From Saccostrea echinata (Eukaryota), in assembly GCF_033153115.1 (NCBI RefSeq), contig NW_026889803.1, forward strand, positions 32,612,001 to 32,676,000: 64,000 nucleotides of DNA. The letters run 5' to 3'. Position numbers and translations under genes: made by a program. The notes under the pieces are model-generated. The model worked only from the letters and a program-made list of their open reading frames with translations, did not search any database and was not told where the DNA came from. This document shows positions 62,562 through 64,000 of this stretch, piece after piece; positions within the stretch are counted from its first letter, which is position 1; each line of letters starts with the position of its first letter.

Positions 62562-64000
62562 GAATACAGGTGAGATGGCACCCAGAATTACATTTAGCAA
62601 TGAAATACTGATATACTTGCAAAAAATAATTTATTCTGAAATCACATCACATATGGTCCTATTTCATACAAAAACTTAACAATAAATACATTGGATGTTG
62701 TACAATACCATACACATTTCTACATGAATAAATAAGATCTGCCCCAACAACATACGAGGCCCTGTATATAATATCAAGTACGTCTGAATAACAAAGTACT
62801 TAAGATTGTTTTAATCAGTAATTTACGGGAATCATAGAAAATGATCGTGTTCAGCGTTATATAATAACATGAGATTCTATTTCATCAAAGGGTGTACTAA
62901 ATATTTTCTTCACATTTTCATTCTCCACAATAATTTCTCTGCAAATTAAAAGTTAATGATCCTTAAAAAATAACACCAATAAGCATTAACTCATGCTCAT
63001 TTACTGACTGTTGTCTGGAGTATTAAATCTACCTTTTCGCTGGCTGCTGACTACAAATAATGAAAAAACATTGTTTTGAAACAGAAAAGAGCATTTAATG
63101 ACTTAACTGACATAGTGAATTTTCTCCTCATCAACTTCATAGTATGATACCTAGATAGGCACAGATTGGATTACTCAAATATATCACAACACACAATAGC
63201 ACCTAGTATACATAGTATGGGAACAATTCCATTATCAGAGTTTTTTCATGTCTGGCATTAAACATAATTTGTACACCTTAACATTAAATACAATCAAAGA
63301 TAAACTTTGATTACCTTTTTTTAAAACATAAACCTGGAATGGACTTCCTCTATTAAGTATTGCATTTAAAATTTATAAAAGCATGGAATTCTATTTTTCT
63401 TGGAATATACAGTCAATATCTGATTTTGGAATGTGGTACATATTTCTGAGAATACAGTACCTGTACAAGTCAATAACTGGTTTATCACAGACATTTCACA
63501 TGGTAACAAAGCACTGTAAAATAAAGTCCATTACTTTCTAACATCATTAAACATAAAAAATGCAGCATACACCTTCCTTGTAGTAAAAATATTATGGCAG
63601 CATTTTTTGATTACATGTACCACATGCTAACATTTACACACATCAAGAACTGGCAAGAAACTCAAGATTTTTCTCCCCTTATACATTTCTCTCACTCTTT
63701 GGCTTTACAAAAACAAACATTCTTTATTCTCTATTATCATAACTCACAAATAAAAATTCACAACCAGTCACATGATTCAAGACAGCTACTTCCTGTCACA
63801 TGACAGAAGAAGTATAAATGATGTTCAAATTGTACAACACAAAATGCAAGAAAATGTGTAGGTAATATCAGTGTCCTAGAGACATTGGATTAAAGCATAT
63901 GACTGGCATATAAACTACTGGCAGAAAAAGAGGGAGAAGTTCAAATACCTGAGACAAGTTCTTTCCAAAATGATTCTTTTTTCCTAGTCTATATGTCACA

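Noticed and set aside
62600-64000. 3' UTR of a minus-strand gene beyond the window
   Set aside because: Only a tttatt motif and base composition support it; no exon is visible

Overview
AT-rich, intron-containing animal DNA, most likely an oyster (Ostreidae), judged from the ferritin sequence and the repeat families. Host genes: (i) 5' exons of a minus-strand gene with a DH/RhoGEF-like first helix, running off the left edge; (ii) two tandem 4-exon, 171-aa H-type ferritins (10.2 and 31.5 kb), each with a TATA box and a canonical 5'-UTR iron-responsive element, plus an inverted pseudo-fragment of ferritin exon 3; (iii) a ~19-exon synergin gamma (SYNRG) on the minus strand (38.4-52.5 kb); (iv) two, possibly three, tandem orphan secreted proteins (56-60 kb). 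The 20 kb between the ferritins is packed with transposons: Harbinger-, Kolobok- and Helentron-type non-autonomous elements, 21-bp-repeat foldbacks, a young CR1/L2-group LINE, and a hAT element nested in a Kolobok-type MITE. Most notable: (1) the hAT element (5-bp TSD, hAT5-like) carries an OTU/vertnin-like cysteine-protease domain that appears ancestrally fused to the transposase; (2) LINE ORF1 and ORF2 are in frame, separated by a single UAG in a GGG-GGC context with a downstream hairpin and no usable AUG, implying readthrough or non-AUG initiation; (3) the ferritin paralogues show exon homogenisation with differences clustered at the 3-fold pore; (4) SYNRG has two independent splice-donor duplications. 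All calls are from manual reading; no searches were run.
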